DNA of 64,000 bases from an uncultured Candidatus Saccharibacteria bacterium (GTDB lineage: Bacteria > Patescibacteriota > Minisyncoccia > Minisyncoccales > GWA2-38-27), in the NCBI GenBank assembly GCA_964583485.1, contig CAZOVC010000002.1, positions 2,959-66,958 on the forward strand, read 5' to 3'. The notes below the pieces were generated by a model, which was not told the origin of the DNA, ran no database searches, and saw nothing but the letters and a program-made list of their open reading frames with translations. The position numbers and the translations under genes are program-made. Below are positions 8,008 to 17,461 of this stretch, piece after piece (position 1 is the first letter of the stretch; every line of letters starts with the position of its first letter).

Positions 8008-9035
8008 AGACCTCTTTTGATTTTCCTTATTTTTTCAAATGGACGCGTTATTAAAATATACACCCTTGAAAGAGGCAGATCCTGAGTTTGAACATAATCC
8101 TTTCTATAGCCCCCAAAACCCTTTTTAAACAGGCTTAAACCGGCCCAGGCATGGTTTTTATTGCTATCAGGAGCAATACCCCAGAAATTATATCTTTGAC
8201 ATCCCCGCTTTTTAGCTTCTTTTATTGCCTCCCATTGCAAAAGATATGAAACTGGAATTTTGTTGTACTTTGATAAAGAAGCTCCATGATGATAAAACCC
8301 GATATTTTGCCAAAAAACAATAATAGCTGAAGAAACAATTTCATTCTTATATTTTCCTAAAAAGATCAAGATCTCATCATCCGGCAAAAAAGAGGAAAAT
8401 TGATTCTGAATATATTTTAAGGAAAAAGGCGTAAACTTATGGTGTTTTGCTGTAAAGCAATAAATTTCATTAAATTTTTTCAAGTCCTCAATGTTTTGGG
8501 TCTTTACTATTTCAATATCTATATTCTTTTCTGCCTGACGAATTAAATAACGAGCGGTCTTCCTCATATTCATCAAAAGTTCTTGTTCTGACCCTTTAAC
8601 ATCTAATTCCCATGTTGCTTCAGGATGAATATGAATAGGAGCATTTCTAAAACCCAGCTCTTCAAAAATCTTAATATTCTCTTCATTTCTTTCATAAATC
8701 GGCGCAATTCTAATAAAATGCGCCTTTTCCTGTTTAGCAATTTCTTTTAGTTTATTTGTAAGGTGACCGAGTGCCTTTTTGCTAAAAGTGACTCGGTCAC
8801 TTTTCGTAATTGGCCCATGAGGAACAAACAAAAAAGTTCCACGCTTTGCTTTTACTTTTATAACTAAAGCAACACTAATCAATTGTTCATTGTCATATAT
8901 TCCAAATCTCCAAATCTTCTCTCCTTCTCTTTTCTGAAATTCTCCCCAATTCCAAGAATCCAAAAACGTTTTCTCATCACATTTCAATAAAAACCCTTCC
9001 CAAACATCCTTATTATTTATTTCCTTTATTTCCAT
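8004..9035 (-). CDS. FemAB-family peptidoglycan-branch aminoacyltransferase (tRNA-dependent)
   Basis: 343-aa ORF recalled as matching the FemAB family. Sits in an overlapping operon with the DegT and ftsQ-like genes. Confidence 0.6.
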   Translation of the reverse strand: MEIKEINNKDVWEGFLLKCDEKTFLDSWNWGEFQKREGEKIWRFGIYDNEQLISVALVIKVKAKRGTFLFVPHGPITKSDRVTFSKKALGHLTNKLKEIAKQEKAHFIRIAPIYERNEENIKIFEELGFRNAPIHIHPEATWELDVKGSEQELLMNMRKTARYLIRQAEKNIDIEIVKTQNIEDLKKFNEIYCFTAKHHKFTPFSLKYIQNQFSSFLPDDEILIFLGKYKNEIVSSAIIVFWQNIGFYHHGASLSKYNKIPVSYLLQWEAIKEAKKRGCQRYNFWGIAPDSNKNHAWAGLSLFKKGFGGYRKDYVQTQDLPLSRVYILITRPFEKIRKIKRGL

Positions 9036-10270
9036 ATTTTAAGAAAATCTACTATTTTTTTAGCCTGTTTTTTTGATATATTTATATGAGTAGGAAGATT
9101 TAATGTTTGCTTTGACAATTTTTCTGCCTTTGGGCAGGTGCCAAGCTTATAACCTACTCTATCTAAATTTGTATCATCTGGAGCAATCGGGCTTGTGTAC
9201 CAATCCCCTATTAAGATATTTTTTCTCCACATCTTTTTAATTATTTTATGAGCTTTGCTATGTTTTATTGTAAATCTTAAAAATATAGAATTATCTTTTG
9301 GAGGAAGTTTAAAAGAAGTATTTTTTAGATTTTCAAAAAAGAAATCAGCAATTTCCTGTCTGTGTTTATTAAACCTCTCTAATTTCTTAAATTGATTTAA
9401 GGCAAGAATTGCCAAGGCATTAGGCATTCTTTTTGGAAAATATGACGGCTTTCTGCCCTGTTTTTCCTTCCAATGGACTGCTTTAGACATAAAATGAAGC
9501 CATTGGAATATAACTAAGACATACTTCCCATTTATTCTATAACTGGGCAGAATAAAGCTCATAAATATGGGATGTAATAACTGTTGTTTAATCCAAAAAT
9601 ATGATGGATAACTAAACTTGTCCTGAGCTTGCTGAAGTTTTTCAGCAAGCGAAGGGTCATTAGTAACAACCATTCCTCCATATACAGAAGAAATTACCTT
9701 ATCTCTGGAAAAACTAAAGAAAGCAGCTTTACCAAAACTACCTACTTTTTGATTGTAGTATTCAGCTCCTAACGCATGAGCGCAGTCCTCAATTAATATT
9801 AAATTATTCTCTTGGGCAGTTTTTCTAATTTCATTCATATTAGCAGGAATTCCAAATGTATGTTGAACCATTATAGCTCTACTTTTATCACTTACCTTAT
9901 TTCTTAAATCTTCTATATCAATATTAAAAGTATTTTCATCGCAATCAACATAAACTGGCTTTAAGCCATTCCATAAAATAGGATTTACAGCAGCATTGCA
10001 AGTAAATGCCTGAAGCAAAACTTCGCTTCCAGGTTCTAAATTAAGTCCTCTCAAAATAGCCATTAAGCAAGCTCTCCCGCTATTAAAAGCAAAAGCATAT
10101 TTTACACCTAAATATTTTTTAAACTCGTTTTCCAATTCTTCAATTGCCTCGCCGCGTCTCCACTTCCATAGACAAAAAACCAATTTCAAAGCTAGCCAAA
10201 TATCATCTTTTTCTACATTTGGCGATAATGATATTGTAATTGGTTTAAGGTATTGACAAATTTTAAGCAT
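9026..10270 (-). CDS. DegT/DnrJ/EryC1/StrS-family PLP-dependent sugar aminotransferase
   Basis: FNSGRACLMA...SFSRDKVISS (PLP lysine), then YGGMVVTND. Confidence 0.7.
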   Translation of the reverse strand: MLKICQYLKPITISLSPNVEKDDIWLALKLVFCLWKWRRGEAIEELENEFKKYLGVKYAFAFNSGRACLMAILRGLNLEPGSEVLLQAFTCNAAVNPILWNGLKPVYVDCDENTFNIDIEDLRNKVSDKSRAIMVQHTFGIPANMNEIRKTAQENNLILIEDCAHALGAEYYNQKVGSFGKAAFFSFSRDKVISSVYGGMVVTNDPSLAEKLQQAQDKFSYPSYFWIKQQLLHPIFMSFILPSYRINGKYVLVIFQWLHFMSKAVHWKEKQGRKPSYFPKRMPNALAILALNQFKKLERFNKHRQEIADFFFENLKNTSFKLPPKDNSIFLRFTIKHSKAHKIIKKMWRKNILIGDWYTSPIAPDDTNLDRVGYKLGTCPKAEKLSKQTLNLPTHINISKKQAKKIVDFLKIWK

Positions 10271-10354
10271 TATGATATAATGTAGTTAGTAGAAAATAAG
10301 TTAATTGTAAAGTTATAAATTTGTTCACTAACAATTTGGAAAGGATAGATAACC

Positions 10355-10753
10355 ATGGAAAAATACAAAAAATTAGATTTTAGAATGACTCCAGCGCCGA
10401 ATGCTCAAATACAAAATGCTCATGAGGAATTAGAAAAAGCTTCTAAAGATGTAGACGAAAGATTCAATGCCTACGAGGAAACCTGTAAAAAAGTGGCTGA
10501 AACAGATTGGAATTTCTTACACCTTGGTGGACTTAAGGATAGACAAAAAGGACTGGAACTTCACAATTCTGTTGAAAAAACCCGCGAGGAAAGTCTTAAA
10601 GACGAAGAAAAAGCCCTTCAGGTCTACTTAGATGCTTGCAAGGTAAAAGCTGAAAAAATTAAGCTCCTTCATGGCACGATTTGTTTTTGTCAAGAAGCGA
10701 AAAAGGCCGGGTGGTTTAAGGGAAAATCTTGGTCCCCCTCTACAAAAGTGTGA
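10355..10753 (+). CDS. Hypothetical protein
   Basis: 132-aa ORF preceded by aaaggatag as RBS and followed by a terminator. Confidence 0.45.
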   Translation: MEKYKKLDFRMTPAPNAQIQNAHEELEKASKDVDERFNAYEETCKKVAETDWNFLHLGGLKDRQKGLELHNSVEKTREESLKDEEKALQVYLDACKVKAEKIKLLHGTICFCQEAKKAGWFKGKSWSPSTKV

Positions 10754-10777
10754 TCTTTCCATTTTATTCGGGTCATA

Positions 10778-10815
10778 AGGCGTCAAATTCTGTCAAAAGG
10801 ATTTGACGCCCTTTT
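10778..10815 (+). terminator. Rho-independent terminator (stem ggcgtcaaat/atttgacgcc then cttttatttt)
   Basis: Read from the sequence, directly downstream of the 10355..10753 gene. Confidence 0.5.
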
Positions 10816-10818
10816 ATT

Positions 10819-12150
10819 TTATTTTGAAGAACTAAAGAAATTAACTAAATCTTTCGGTACCCTACCTTCTAAAAGAACTACATCTCCATCTTTACAAAAT
10901 TCCTTTATTTTAGCAATAATATCTTCTGGATTTTCAATTAACAAAATGTTTTTGCTCTCTCCCTTTATTTCTTCAAAGTAATCTTTTGTTGTGATTATTG
11001 CTAAATCGCAAGTTTCTGCGATTTTTTTACCAATTCTTTTATGAATTTGCTTTGATACTTTTCCTAATTCTATTAAGCAAGGCATAACAATAACTCTTTT
11101 TCCTTGATAAAGTTTGAAATACTCTAAATCAGCAATTACTCCATCTGGATTTGCAGAATAAGAAGCGTCAAGAATAGTTAATCCATTGCTTTTCAAAAGC
11201 TTCATTCCTCCTTGTTCTGGTTTAATTTTCAAACAGGCCCTTGAAATTTCTACTAAACTCATTCCTAATTTTTTAGCACAGGATGCAGCCAGTAAAATAT
11301 TATTTATGTTGTGTTTCCCTAATAAATTAATCTTGAAATCTACTCCATCAACTTTGAAAGAAACAAACTCTTTTTCAACAACAATGTCTGTAGCAGTTAA
11401 ATCTAAATTATTATAATCTATTTTGACTTCTGAACACTCTAAAATCTCATTTTTGGCTTTTTTAATATTCTCTAAAGAGCCAAAAGTAGATAAATGTTGT
11501 TCATTTATGCCAGTTAATATGCCTATTTTTGGCTGAAGCATTTTGCAAACCTGTTTGATTTTTCCTCTTTCATAAGCTCCTATTTCAGCGATAAAAATCT
11601 GGTGAAAGAAACCGAGCTCCTTTAAAATTGTTTTAGCAATTCCTATTTCAGCATTTATATTCCTTTCAGTTTTTAAAACATTATACTTTTCAGAAAGAAT
11701 TATTGCTAAAAACTCTTTAGTTGAGCTCTTGCCGTAGCTTCCAGTAATGCCAATAACTATAAGATTTTTGAATTGTTCTCTTTTTTTCTTGGCTTTGTTT
11801 AAACTAATTTTTATCCAAATATTTGCAGGGATTTGAAACAATGAAATTAAAACTGAAATAAATATTGGCGCGAAAATAATTAAAAATACAAGTAAAAGTA
11901 AAGAGTAAAAATAAAATAAAATAAAAATTTCAAGCAATACTCCAAAAATTAAAATAACAATAACTTTTAAGGTTAATTTGGGATATCTAATACCATGAAA
12001 ACTAAAAAGAAACTTCCTTATTTTTTGCGTCTCAAAATGCGCTTTAAATCTTCCTAAATGATATTCTTTTAATTGCCAAAGCCAAACCCAAAAAACGAGC
12101 AGCTTTGTAAAAACCAAAAACCAAACAATGCTAATTAATATTTTTATCAT
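10819..12150 (-). CDS. murF: Mur ligase family protein, MurF-like, with an unusual N-terminal TM region of about 120 aa
   Basis: VIGITGSYGKSSTKEF P-loop of Mur ligases and a C-terminal DGDVVLLEGRV segment. Confidence 0.5.
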   Translation of the reverse strand: MIKILISIVWFLVFTKLLVFWVWLWQLKEYHLGRFKAHFETQKIRKFLFSFHGIRYPKLTLKVIVILIFGVLLEIFILFYFYSLLLLVFLIIFAPIFISVLISLFQIPANIWIKISLNKAKKKREQFKNLIVIGITGSYGKSSTKEFLAIILSEKYNVLKTERNINAEIGIAKTILKELGFFHQIFIAEIGAYERGKIKQVCKMLQPKIGILTGINEQHLSTFGSLENIKKAKNEILECSEVKIDYNNLDLTATDIVVEKEFVSFKVDGVDFKINLLGKHNINNILLAASCAKKLGMSLVEISRACLKIKPEQGGMKLLKSNGLTILDASYSANPDGVIADLEYFKLYQGKRVIVMPCLIELGKVSKQIHKRIGKKIAETCDLAIITTKDYFEEIKGESKNILLIENPEDIIAKIKEFCKDGDVVLLEGRVPKDLVNFFSSSK

Positions 12151-12878
12151 AAATTCTTGCTTATTACTTCAGCTAATTCATCCGGGGCTTTTATATTAAT
12201 ATCATGGCCCACGTTGAGAATAATCTCTAATTTTGAATCTTTTATTTTTTGATTAATAATTTTTGCATCATTTAATGAAGTGATATTGTCTTTTTCGCCC
12301 CAAATAATAACTGCTGGAATTTGAATCTGGGAAAGAACATCTGAAAGATCTTGTTTAATTACTTTCAAATAAATTTCTTTTATTACACCGTTAACAGAGG
12401 GATAATCGCTTTTTGTAATGAATCTATAAAACGCTCGTCTTAATAAAGAAGAAGATAAAAAACGAGATGGGAAAATTTTAGAAAGGATATAGAAAAATCT
12501 TTTTTTAGGCGTCTTTCTCCTAAAACAAGCAGCGCTTATTAAAAACAGCTTATCTATTTTCTCTGGGAATTTCAAACCGCATTTAACTGCTAAAGCGCCG
12601 CCAAAAGAATGCCCCAAAAGATAAAATTTGTCCAAATTCAAAAAATTAACAAAATCTTCAACAAAATCGCAATAATTATCAAGATTCCAAGCCCTTTGTG
12701 GTTTATCACTTTGTCCAAAACCAGGTAAATCTGGAATAATTACCTTTATTCCATTTTGAGATAATAACTCCCCTACCCTCCGCCACCTTTCAGAATTAGA
12801 CCCCCAGCCATGCAAAATCAGGAGAGGTCTACCCTCTCCTAAAGTTTTGTAATTAATTTTTAATCCTTTAATAATCAT
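12147..12878 (-). CDS. Alpha/beta-fold hydrolase
   Basis: LLILHGWGSN ... GHSFGGALA nucleophile elbow. Confidence 0.65.
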   Translation of the reverse strand: MIIKGLKINYKTLGEGRPLLILHGWGSNSERWRRVGELLSQNGIKVIIPDLPGFGQSDKPQRAWNLDNYCDFVEDFVNFLNLDKFYLLGHSFGGALAVKCGLKFPEKIDKLFLISAACFRRKTPKKRFFYILSKIFPSRFLSSSLLRRAFYRFITKSDYPSVNGVIKEIYLKVIKQDLSDVLSQIQIPAVIIWGEKDNITSLNDAKIINQKIKDSKLEIILNVGHDINIKAPDELAEVISKNL

Positions 12879-14137
12879 TTTATCTCTTTAAAGCCAGTGT
12901 ATTTCTGAAGAACTTCCGGCACCTTAACGCTTCCGTCTTTTTGCTGATAATTCTCAATAATAGCAATTATTGTTCTTCCTATGGCAAAAGCAGTGCCATT
13001 TAAAGTATGAACAAACTTTAATTTATTATTTTTATCCCGATATCTAATACTTAATCTCCTGGCCTGAAAATCAGCGCAATTAGAAGTAGAATGAGTTTCT
13101 CGATAACGATTTTCAGAAGGAATCCAAGATTCAATATCATAAGTAGCGGCTGACGGTCTTGCTAAATCTCCTGTGCAAATTTGTACAACTTGATAAGCTA
13201 TTTTTAAAAGCTTCATCAGTTTTTCTTGGCAAGACAGAATGAATTGATGTTCTTGCGCAGATTTATCTGGATGACAAAAACTAAACATCTCAATTTTATC
13301 AAATTGATGAACTCTTAAAATCCCTTTGGTATCTTTTCCATAAGAACCAGCTTCTCGACGAAAACAAGTTGAAAAACCAAGATATCTTTTTGTAAGATTC
13401 CTTTGTTCAAAAATCTCATCTGCATGCATAGTCCCAATTGGTTGTTCAGCAGTGCCTGCTAAAAATAAATCGTCTTTGGGAAGATAATACGCTTCTTCTA
13501 CATCTGATTGTTCTAAATATCCCATTCCTCTTATTTTGTCTGATTTTATCATTACCGGAGGAATAATTGGTATAAATTCTTCTTTTACTAAAGTATCAAA
13601 AGCTAAGTTTATTAAACCAAATTCAAGCAAGACAGCTTGATTTTTTAAATAACCAAAACGAGTTCCTGAAACTTTTGCCGCTCTTTTTACATCAATCAAA
13701 TCAAGTTTTTCAGCAATTTCCATATAACCTTTTGGTTTGAAATCAAACTTTGTCTTTTCTCCAACTTTCCGCATAACAACATTATCGTTTTCATCTTTAC
13801 CAACCGGCACATCATCTAAAGGCGTATTTGGGACTTGATACGTCAATATCTCAAACTTTTTATCAATCTTTTTCAAACTCTCTTTTAATTTATCGCCCTT
13901 TTTATCTATTTTCTGCATCTTTGAAATAATCTTTTTCTTTTCTTTTTTATCTTTTGCTTTACTAATTTCTTTGCCCGCTTTATTCTTCTGGGCAAAGATT
14001 TTTTCTAATTCTGTTTGAATTCTTCTCTTTTTCTCATCTGTTTTCAAAAGCTGGTCAATATCAATCTTGATTTGCTTGTTCTGGCAAGCTTGTTTAACTT
14101 TTTTTGGATTTTCTCTAATGAATTTTATATCTAACAT
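12875..14137 (-). CDS. serS: Seryl-tRNA synthetase
   Basis: N-terminal coiled-coil arm followed by a class II core. 420 aa. Confidence 0.85.
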   Translation of the reverse strand: MLDIKFIRENPKKVKQACQNKQIKIDIDQLLKTDEKKRRIQTELEKIFAQKNKAGKEISKAKDKKEKKKIISKMQKIDKKGDKLKESLKKIDKKFEILTYQVPNTPLDDVPVGKDENDNVVMRKVGEKTKFDFKPKGYMEIAEKLDLIDVKRAAKVSGTRFGYLKNQAVLLEFGLINLAFDTLVKEEFIPIIPPVMIKSDKIRGMGYLEQSDVEEAYYLPKDDLFLAGTAEQPIGTMHADEIFEQRNLTKRYLGFSTCFRREAGSYGKDTKGILRVHQFDKIEMFSFCHPDKSAQEHQFILSCQEKLMKLLKIAYQVVQICTGDLARPSAATYDIESWIPSENRYRETHSTSNCADFQARRLSIRYRDKNNKLKFVHTLNGTAFAIGRTIIAIIENYQQKDGSVKVPEVLQKYTGFKEIK

Positions 14138-14138
14138 A

Positions 14139-15629
14139 TTACTTTGGACGCATTGTAGGAAATAGAATTACTTCTTTTAACGAGTGCGAATCAGTTAATA
14201 AAGCTGTTAATCTGTCGATTCCCATTCCAAAGCCAGCAGCCGGAGGCATTCCATACTCCAGGGCCTCAATAAAGTCCTTGTCCATTCTCTGAGCTTGTTC
14301 AAAACCTTTTTTAAATATCTTTTCCTGCTCTTTAAATCTTTGCTCTTGAACAAGAGGATTATTTAATTCAGAAAAAGCTTTGACTAACTCAATTCCCATA
14401 GCAATAAATTGAAAGCTCGCTGATTTAGAAGGATTTTTATCTAATGGCTTTGCCAAAGGAAAAGTTTCTGCAGGATAATGGATAACAAATGTTGGCTGTT
14501 CTATTTTAGGCCTAATAACTTTTTTAAATATCTCATCAGTTATTTCAAACTTTCCTCCTTTGCTCTCTATGCCTAACTTTTTTGCTTCTTTTCTAAGAGC
14601 GTTCTCATTTATTTCCTCTAAATCAATTTTAGTGTGTTTTCTAAATATCTCATTAAATTCAACCCTTTTATACGGAGCCTTAAAGTCTAATCTCTTTCCT
14701 TTACCCCCACTACCAAAATTTTGGTGTGGGGGTTTATATTCAATAATTGTTTTATTAAATAAGTTTTTAATCACAAAAGCAAGCATTTTTTCTGTAAACT
14801 TCATCAGCTCTTTATAATCAGCATAAGCCCAATAAAACTCAAGCATTGTAAAATCAGGGTTATGAGCCCTATCTATTCCTTCATTTCTAAAGCATCTTCC
14901 TATTTCATATATTTTTTCAAACCCGCCTACTAAAAGACGTTTTAAATATAGTTCTAAAGATATTCTTAGATATAAGTCAATGTCTAAAGCATTTAAATGA
15001 GTTTTAAACGGCTTTGCCGTAGCTCCTCCATAAATTGGCTGTAAAATCGGCGTTTCTACTTCTAAAAACCCTTCTTTATCTAAAAATGACCTGATTTCTT
15101 TAATAATTCTTGAACGTAATTCAAACCTTTCTTTAACTTCAGGATTAAAAATCAAATCCAAGTATCTTTTGCGATAACGCTCTTCAACATCTTTTAATCC
15201 ATGCCATTTTTCAGGCAAAGGCAAAAGCGATTTGACCAGAATCTTGTAATCAGCAGCTTCTAAGGTTTTCTCTCCTTTTTTGGTTTTGAATAAAATCCCT
15301 CTTATTTCAATAAAATCGCCGATGTCAAAATTGTCCAGAAAAAACTGAAAACTCTTTTCTCCCAACCGGTCTTTTTTGAATAAAGTTTGGATTTGGGCTG
15401 CGCCGTCTTTAATGTGGGAGAAAACCAATCCGCCGTGCTGTCTCAAAGATATTATCCTGCCTGCTAAAATTATTTCTTTTTTCAGCCGAGCCAGTTTGCT
15501 AAAATCCTCAAGAGCTTGTTGGCAAGTATGGGTTCTTTTTGTCTGGCCTGGATAAGCCGAAAACCCGACATTCTCAATTGCCTTAAGTTTCTTTATTCTA
15601 TTTTTCCGAATTTCATCAATAGTCGCCAT
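14139..15629 (-). CDS. lysS: Lysyl-tRNA synthetase, class II; carries an in-frame palindromic insert
   Basis: CFRNEGIDRAHNPDFTMLEFYWAYADY motif 2 region and a GFGMGIDRL motif 3. Segment KPPHQNFGSGGKG is encoded by the palindromic element at 14700-14736. Confidence 0.88.
   Translation of the reverse strand: MATIDEIRKNRIKKLKAIENVGFSAYPGQTKRTHTCQQALEDFSKLARLKKEIILAGRIISLRQHGGLVFSHIKDGAAQIQTLFKKDRLGEKSFQFFLDNFDIGDFIEIRGILFKTKKGEKTLEAADYKILVKSLLPLPEKWHGLKDVEERYRKRYLDLIFNPEVKERFELRSRIIKEIRSFLDKEGFLEVETPILQPIYGGATAKPFKTHLNALDIDLYLRISLELYLKRLLVGGFEKIYEIGRCFRNEGIDRAHNPDFTMLEFYWAYADYKELMKFTEKMLAFVIKNLFNKTIIEYKPPHQNFGSGGKGKRLDFKAPYKRVEFNEIFRKHTKIDLEEINENALRKEAKKLGIESKGGKFEITDEIFKKVIRPKIEQPTFVIHYPAETFPLAKPLDKNPSKSASFQFIAMGIELVKAFSELNNPLVQEQRFKEQEKIFKKGFEQAQRMDKDFIEALEYGMPPAAGFGMGIDRLTALLTDSHSLKEVILFPTMRPK
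14700..14736. repeat. Copy B of the bulged palindromic element (tttacccccactaccaaaattttggtgtgggggttta), in frame inside lysS
   Basis: Its reverse complement matches copy A at 36 of 37 positions. Also explains the antisense ORF 14560..14817 containing PLPPLPKFWCGG. Confidence 0.6.
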
Positions 15630-15738
15630 TAACTAATTTTACCAAATAGCTAAAATAAAAACAAGGAACTAAGCTCGTTAAACTATAAAAACACCTTAAC
15701 TTTGCCATCACAATATTAAAGTGTTTCTTTTTCTTTAT

Positions 15739-15770
15739 GCCAAAAATTGTCCAATCGGACAATTTTTGGC
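15739..15770. promoter_or_regulatory. Palindrome gccaaaaattgtcc-aatc-ggacaatttttggc, immediately upstream of the cassette 1 promoter
   Basis: A paralogous palindrome, gccaaaaatccgacgatcgtcggatttttggc, sits upstream of cassette 2 at about 17264-17297. Confidence 0.45.
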
Positions 15771-15775
15771 ACACC

Positions 15776-15804
15776 TTGACAGGTTTGAATTAATATGATA
15801 TGCT
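15776..15804 (+). promoter_or_regulatory. Sigma-70-type promoter: TTGACA, 17-nt spacer, extended -10 TG-a-TATGCT (cassette 1)
   Basis: The promoter core is almost identical to the cassette 2 promoter at 17378-17406. Confidence 0.5.
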
Positions 15805-15896
15805 GTAAATAGTAAACCTCGTTAAAAAATGAGATTTTCTAACGGGGTAAAAAGAATAAATTCTTTGTTTAAAATTTTATTTGGAAAGGAAATAAA

Positions 15897-16292
15897 ATGA
15901 AATTGGCAAATGTTTATCCAGTAATAGCAGTAATAGTAATTTCTGTCTGTGCGGCTACATTCATTCATTTCATTTTTGTCCCCGAATTCAAGCAGCCCAA
16001 GTTACCGGACATACGCGTAAGCGTATCAAGAGGAAATCCTGAAGAGGACAAACTCGGAGAGATGACAGTCACTACTCACAACCGATGGGGAAAAAATAGA
16101 GTAGTTGTTTTCCACGATTATGGTTTTAATGGAAAGAACTATTGTTTTGACGGAATATTAGACGCGGTTGATGACCCTGAAGGATTAAAATACGGTCATA
16201 CAGATCGGAAAACATGGGAAGAAAGATTTTCTGAAGTTCTAAAAGAATACATAACCGGCAAAAGACCAAAATTCACAGAACCATCTCAATAG
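15897..16292 (+). CDS. Small secreted or membrane-anchored hypothetical protein (cassette 1 cargo)
   Basis: N-terminal TM helix VYPVIAVIVISVCAATFIHFIF. Flanked by the shared promoter and terminator modules. Confidence 0.5.
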   Translation: MKLANVYPVIAVIVISVCAATFIHFIFVPEFKQPKLPDIRVSVSRGNPEEDKLGEMTVTTHNRWGKNRVVVFHDYGFNGKNYCFDGILDAVDDPEGLKYGHTDRKTWEERFSEVLKEYITGKRPKFTEPSQ

Positions 16293-16351
16293 CACAAAAG
16301 CACAAAAAAAGACCCCTTATGAGTTTTACCCTCAAAAAAGGGTCGCAACAA

Positions 16352-16385
16352 AACGTCAAGTTCTACAAAGCTTGGCGTTTTTTTA
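16352..16385 (+). terminator. Rho-independent terminator aacgtcaagttctacaaagcttggcgttttttt (shared cassette 3' module, copy 1)
   Basis: A near-identical copy lies at 17826-17859. Confidence 0.5.
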
Positions 16386-16772
16386 TTAGCTTATTTTATT
16401 AATAATAAACTGGTTTGCTTTTTGGGTTGCTTCCAATGCTTTTTTGCATTCGTCTTTAGAATAAATCGCAACTTCAGAAGGATATCTTGTCTCAACATAA
16501 TATCTATTCAAAAAAGATACTTCTCTTGTTAATTCTTCGAAATCCTTATTTATTTCTTTGCAGAGATTTAAAAGCCGAATTAAATCATGAATTTTCGGAA
16601 ATTTATTCTTCTTAGAAATTAAAAATGCTTTAAGAGTTTTTTCTACTGTTTGATGACAATGAAAACATATAGAATCAGTAGGACCATTTTCTTTGAGAAG
16701 AATTTCTGCTGTTTTTAAATCATTTTGTGCTTTGAAAATCCATTCTTCAGGTTTTAAATTATTTTGCGGCAT
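16386..16772 (-). CDS. HEPN-domain toxin component (HepT-like)
   Basis: 128-aa ORF ending NRYYVETRYP, HEPN-like. Overlaps the upstream nucleotidyltransferase gene by 14 nt. Confidence 0.65.
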   Translation of the reverse strand: MPQNNLKPEEWIFKAQNDLKTAEILLKENGPTDSICFHCHQTVEKTLKAFLISKKNKFPKIHDLIRLLNLCKEINKDFEELTREVSFLNRYYVETRYPSEVAIYSKDECKKALEATQKANQFIINKIS

Positions 16773-17082
16773 AAATAGTTTTGCCTTGATTAATAATATC
16801 TTTGATAAAAAAGTCGCCTAAAGATAATCGTTTTTTTATCTCTTGAGGAGTATAGACCAAAATATCCAAAGCCATCTTTCTATCTAAAAGCATTCTATCT
16901 AATTCTAAATGACGTTTTGTTCTTGGTTTTTTGCTTTTTTTAATTACAAATAAATCTACATCACTATCTTCGTGAGGTTTTCCATAAACAAAACTGCCGT
17001 AGAGGATTATCTTCTCTGGTTTATACTTTTCTACAATCTGCTTAGCAATATTCTCAATCTCTTTTTGATGCAATTTGCTCAT
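16759..17082 (-). CDS. Nucleotidyltransferase antitoxin component (MntA-like)
   Basis: LYGSFVYGKPHEDSDVDLFV nucleotidyltransferase motif. Standard MNT-then-HEPN order. Confidence 0.7.
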   Translation of the reverse strand: MSKLHQKEIENIAKQIVEKYKPEKIILYGSFVYGKPHEDSDVDLFVIKKSKKPRTKRHLELDRMLLDRKMALDILVYTPQEIKKRLSLGDFFIKDIINQGKTIYAAK

Positions 17083-17377
17083 TATTTAATTCTACCAAAT
17101 AATATATTTTAGGTCAAAACCCTGTAGAGAAAATTTGATTTGCCCTGCAAGAAAAGATTTTCTAAAAGAAAATCTTTATCAAATTTCTTCTACGGGATCA
17201 AAAGAAAAAAAACAAGGAACTAATTATAAACTATTTTTTCATAAACCATCTTTATCTTTGTATGCCAAAAATCCGACGATCGTCGGATTTTTGGCACCGT
17301 CTCTTAAATTTCTTAATTTTTTGACTCTTAATCTCGACTCCTAATATAGACGGCCGTCTGTTTTGAGAGTCAAACTA

Positions 17378-17406
17378 TTGACAGGTTTGAACTAATATGA
17401 TATACT
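17378..17406 (+). promoter_or_regulatory. Sigma-70-type promoter: TTGACA, 17-nt spacer, TATACT (cassette 2)
   Basis: Paralogous to 15776-15804. Preceded by nested palindromes at 17264-17375. Confidence 0.5.
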
Positions 17407-17461
17407 GTAAGTAGTAAAAAAGAACTAAAAATCTTTATTCATAATTTGGAAGGGAATTGAA

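Noticed and set aside
11186-11416. Assorted short ORFs inside larger genes: this antisense one within the murF-like gene, 18481..18711 in murG, 20432..21406 in murD, 21813..22043 in murI, 44263..44614 in the MacB-like gene, 47884..48228, and 54815..55399
   Set aside because: All lie wholly within, and antisense or out of frame to, well-supported genes. They have no independent signals.
14560-14817. Plus-strand ORF (85 aa) antisense to lysS, containing PLPPLPKFWCGG
   Set aside because: It lies entirely inside the well-supported lysS coding sequence. Its motif is a mirror artefact of the palindromic element encoding the same peptide on both strands.
17135-17344. Plus-strand 69-aa ORF upstream of cassette 2
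   Set aside because: It spans the nested palindromes and regulatory modules of the cassette. It is more plausibly non-coding.
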